Shown here piece by piece: positions 63,326-64,000 of a DNA stretch of 64,000 nt. Location: positions 107,662-171,661 of the IMG/VR virus record IMGVR_UViG_3300028591_000092, one strand, 5' to 3'. Position numbers and translations under genes: made by a program. The stretch comes from a virus (lineage: Duplodnaviria > Heunggongvirae > Uroviricota > Caudoviricetes). The notes under the pieces were generated by a model. It was not told the origin of the DNA, did not search any database, and was given only the letters and a program-made list of their open reading frames with translations. Numbering within the stretch: position 1 is the first letter of the stretch; every line of letters starts with the position of its first letter.

Positions 63326-63994
63326 ATGAATATATTTCAACGTTTATGGATAAATTTGCAATTATTATTTAATGACTATGCTTATTGTAAATTATTTAGA
63401 TTAGAAGATTATGATATTCCTAAATTAGGCATGGAATCACAAGGAATGGATATATATAATAATCGCTATATTATTCAAGGAAGTGATAACACAGGGAAAT
63501 TACCTAGTTTAGCTATTATTGACATTAAAAATAAAAAAATAATATTAGAATATGAACTGCCTTTTAATGGTTGCCATATGAATAATATTAATTTAGGAAT
63601 TAAATTAAATAAAGATTATTTATTCCCTATTTTTTATATTAGTGAGTGTAGAAATAAACGTCGTTGTTATGTTGTAAATGTCTCTAAAGATCTTTCTTCT
63701 TGTGATTTAATTCAAGAGATTTATTTCGATACTAAATTACATTATAAAAGTTTACAATGCCCATTTGATTGGATTGTTGATCATTTTGAAAATTATATTT
63801 ATACTTTTGGTATGACTGGAAATTATGGGGAAATGGAAATTTGTAAATTTCGACTTCCAGTATTTAATTTGAAAAAGCGTACTTTTACAGATAAGGATGT
63901 TCTTGATTCTTTTACAGTGCAAAATTGTTTTACATATCAAGGAACTAAGATTATAAATGGTAAACTATATGCATTCAGTGGTCTTGATACTTAA
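63326..63994 (+). CDS. hypothetical protein
   Basis: ORF track. Confidence 0.5.
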   Translation: MNIFQRLWINLQLLFNDYAYCKLFRLEDYDIPKLGMESQGMDIYNNRYIIQGSDNTGKLPSLAIIDIKNKKIILEYELPFNGCHMNNINLGIKLNKDYLFPIFYISECRNKRRCYVVNVSKDLSSCDLIQEIYFDTKLHYKSLQCPFDWIVDHFENYIYTFGMTGNYGEMEICKFRLPVFNLKKRTFTDKDVLDSFTVQNCFTYQGTKIINGKLYAFSGLDT

Positions 63995-64000
63995 GAATAT

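Overview
AT-rich (~30% GC) phage-like window with two coding blocks. Positions 1-23,000 are minus-strand late/structural and lysis genes: a T4 gp17-like large terminase, a putative portal, GroEL/GroES-like chaperonins, two peptidase-M15 domain proteins and a peptidoglycan-binding protein. In the ORF track these genes are split by in-frame TAG codons (TAA/TGA still terminate). I read this as amber-codon recoding of the late genes, and an amber-suppressor tRNA (anticodon CTA) sits inside the same block at 17427-17504. Early-region-like plus-strand genes (23,700-64,000) read as standard code. The plus-strand region carries more than 25 tRNA or tRNA-like genes, and many are atypical: no encoded CCA, frequent G1-U72 pairs, 18-140 nt insertions in the D-loop, 6/8/9-nt anticodon loops, and a tRNA-Leu(UAA) interrupted after U34 by a ~516-nt group-I-like intron. 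Among them is a 563-aa TROVE+vWA (Ro60/Rsr-like) protein gene (47582-49273). It is flanked by three related tRNA-Glu-derived RNAs that show compensatory stem changes around a conserved 8-nt loop; I propose these as a candidate phage Ro60/Y-RNA-like RNP module. Other notable items: a 23-nt motif repeated seven times next to tRNA genes; a 1.4-kb and a 1.7-kb non-coding structured/repeat region (the latter upstream of a radical SAM gene); a SAM methyltransferase, two GNAT acetyltransferases and a nucleoside deoxyribosyltransferase-like gene embedded in the tRNA array; a family of at least 12 small paralogous proteins sharing an I-D-L-N-x-Y C-terminus; an SPFH/NfeD-like pair; and a ~4.3-kb higher-GC island with iteron-like repeats at the divergent junction. 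Coordinates for TAG-fragmented genes are approximate, and tRNA identities were assigned by eye, so they should be confirmed computationally.
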